In this document: one piece after another, positions 46,280-46,418 of the stretch
Position numbering within the stretch: the stretch's first letter is position 1
Layout: each line of letters starts with the position of its first letter
Source: an uncultured Saprospiraceae bacterium
GTDB lineage: Bacteria; Bacteroidota; Bacteroidia; Chitinophagales; Saprospiraceae
Assembly: GCA_964518915.1 (NCBI GenBank)
Contig: CAZFJO010000002.1
Location: 1-46,418 of the forward strand
Direction of reading: 5' to 3'
DNA length: 46,418 nucleotides
Made by a program: the position numbers and the translations under genes
The notes under the pieces: model-generated
The model's database searches: none
Told to the model about the DNA's origin: nothing
What the model saw: only the letters and a program-made list of their open reading frames with translations

Positions 46280-46418
46280 TTTTGTAATTCATAACAACAT
46301 TGTGGATAGATTAAAAGCTAAAACATTGTTTTTCAACAACTTACTTAACGATTGTTATAATTTTTAAATCAACTTAATGGTATATGTAACAATAGTGGCG
46401 GTTTATTATGCTTACGCA

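Noticed and set aside
46034-46418. Possible chromosomal replication origin (AT-rich with a DnaA-box-like TGTGGATAG).
   Set aside because: There is only one imperfect DnaA box, no box cluster, no recognisable 13-mer-type unwinding repeats and no dnaA/dnaN neighbourhood. That is insufficient evidence for oriC. The 14 sense codons starting at ATG 46377 (MVYVTIVAVYYAYA..) are too few to call a gene.

Overview
This is an AT-rich, very gene-dense chromosomal segment with about 40 CDS, one tRNA and little non-coding DNA. The content points to Bacteroidota: T9SS type A and type B C-terminal sorting domains, SprB-type repeats, a uppS-bamA pair and TTG / TAnnTTTG promoter boxes. Housekeeping genes dominate: bamA (partial, runs off the left edge and is absent from the ORF track), uppS, crcB, ileS, folB, dnaX, gltX, HU, trhO and tRNA-Val(TAC). 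Between them lie several accessory groups. There are three T9SS cargo proteins, one of them a 1143-aa HYR / dockerin-like / cohesin-like protein. There is a Wzx/Wzz/Wzy-like trio, and a ligase-associated exonuclease + ATP-dependent DNA ligase pair. There is an FAD-oxidoreductase + membrane polyferredoxin pair. There is a Dpp/Opp-like SBP plus two permeases with no ATPase genes. There is also a block of regulators: a TPR-HisKA_2 kinase, a Crp/Fnr regulator with a Cys-rich partner, and a membrane-anchored AraC. I saw no CRISPR array, rRNA, transposase, integrase or phage genes. I do not see an unambiguous new multi-gene system. The most interesting sequence-level observation is an uninterrupted A10 slippery tract in dnaX, at the clamp-loader/tau-linker boundary, with stop codons 2-4 codons downstream in both shifted frames; this is a candidate tau/gamma recoding site. 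Secondary candidates are the translationally overlapped Crp/Fnr + 12-Cys protein pair with palindromic operators, the FAD/polyferredoxin membrane module, and the ATPase-less importer with enlarged periplasmic loops. All family calls come from motif recognition by eye and need HMM/BLAST confirmation.
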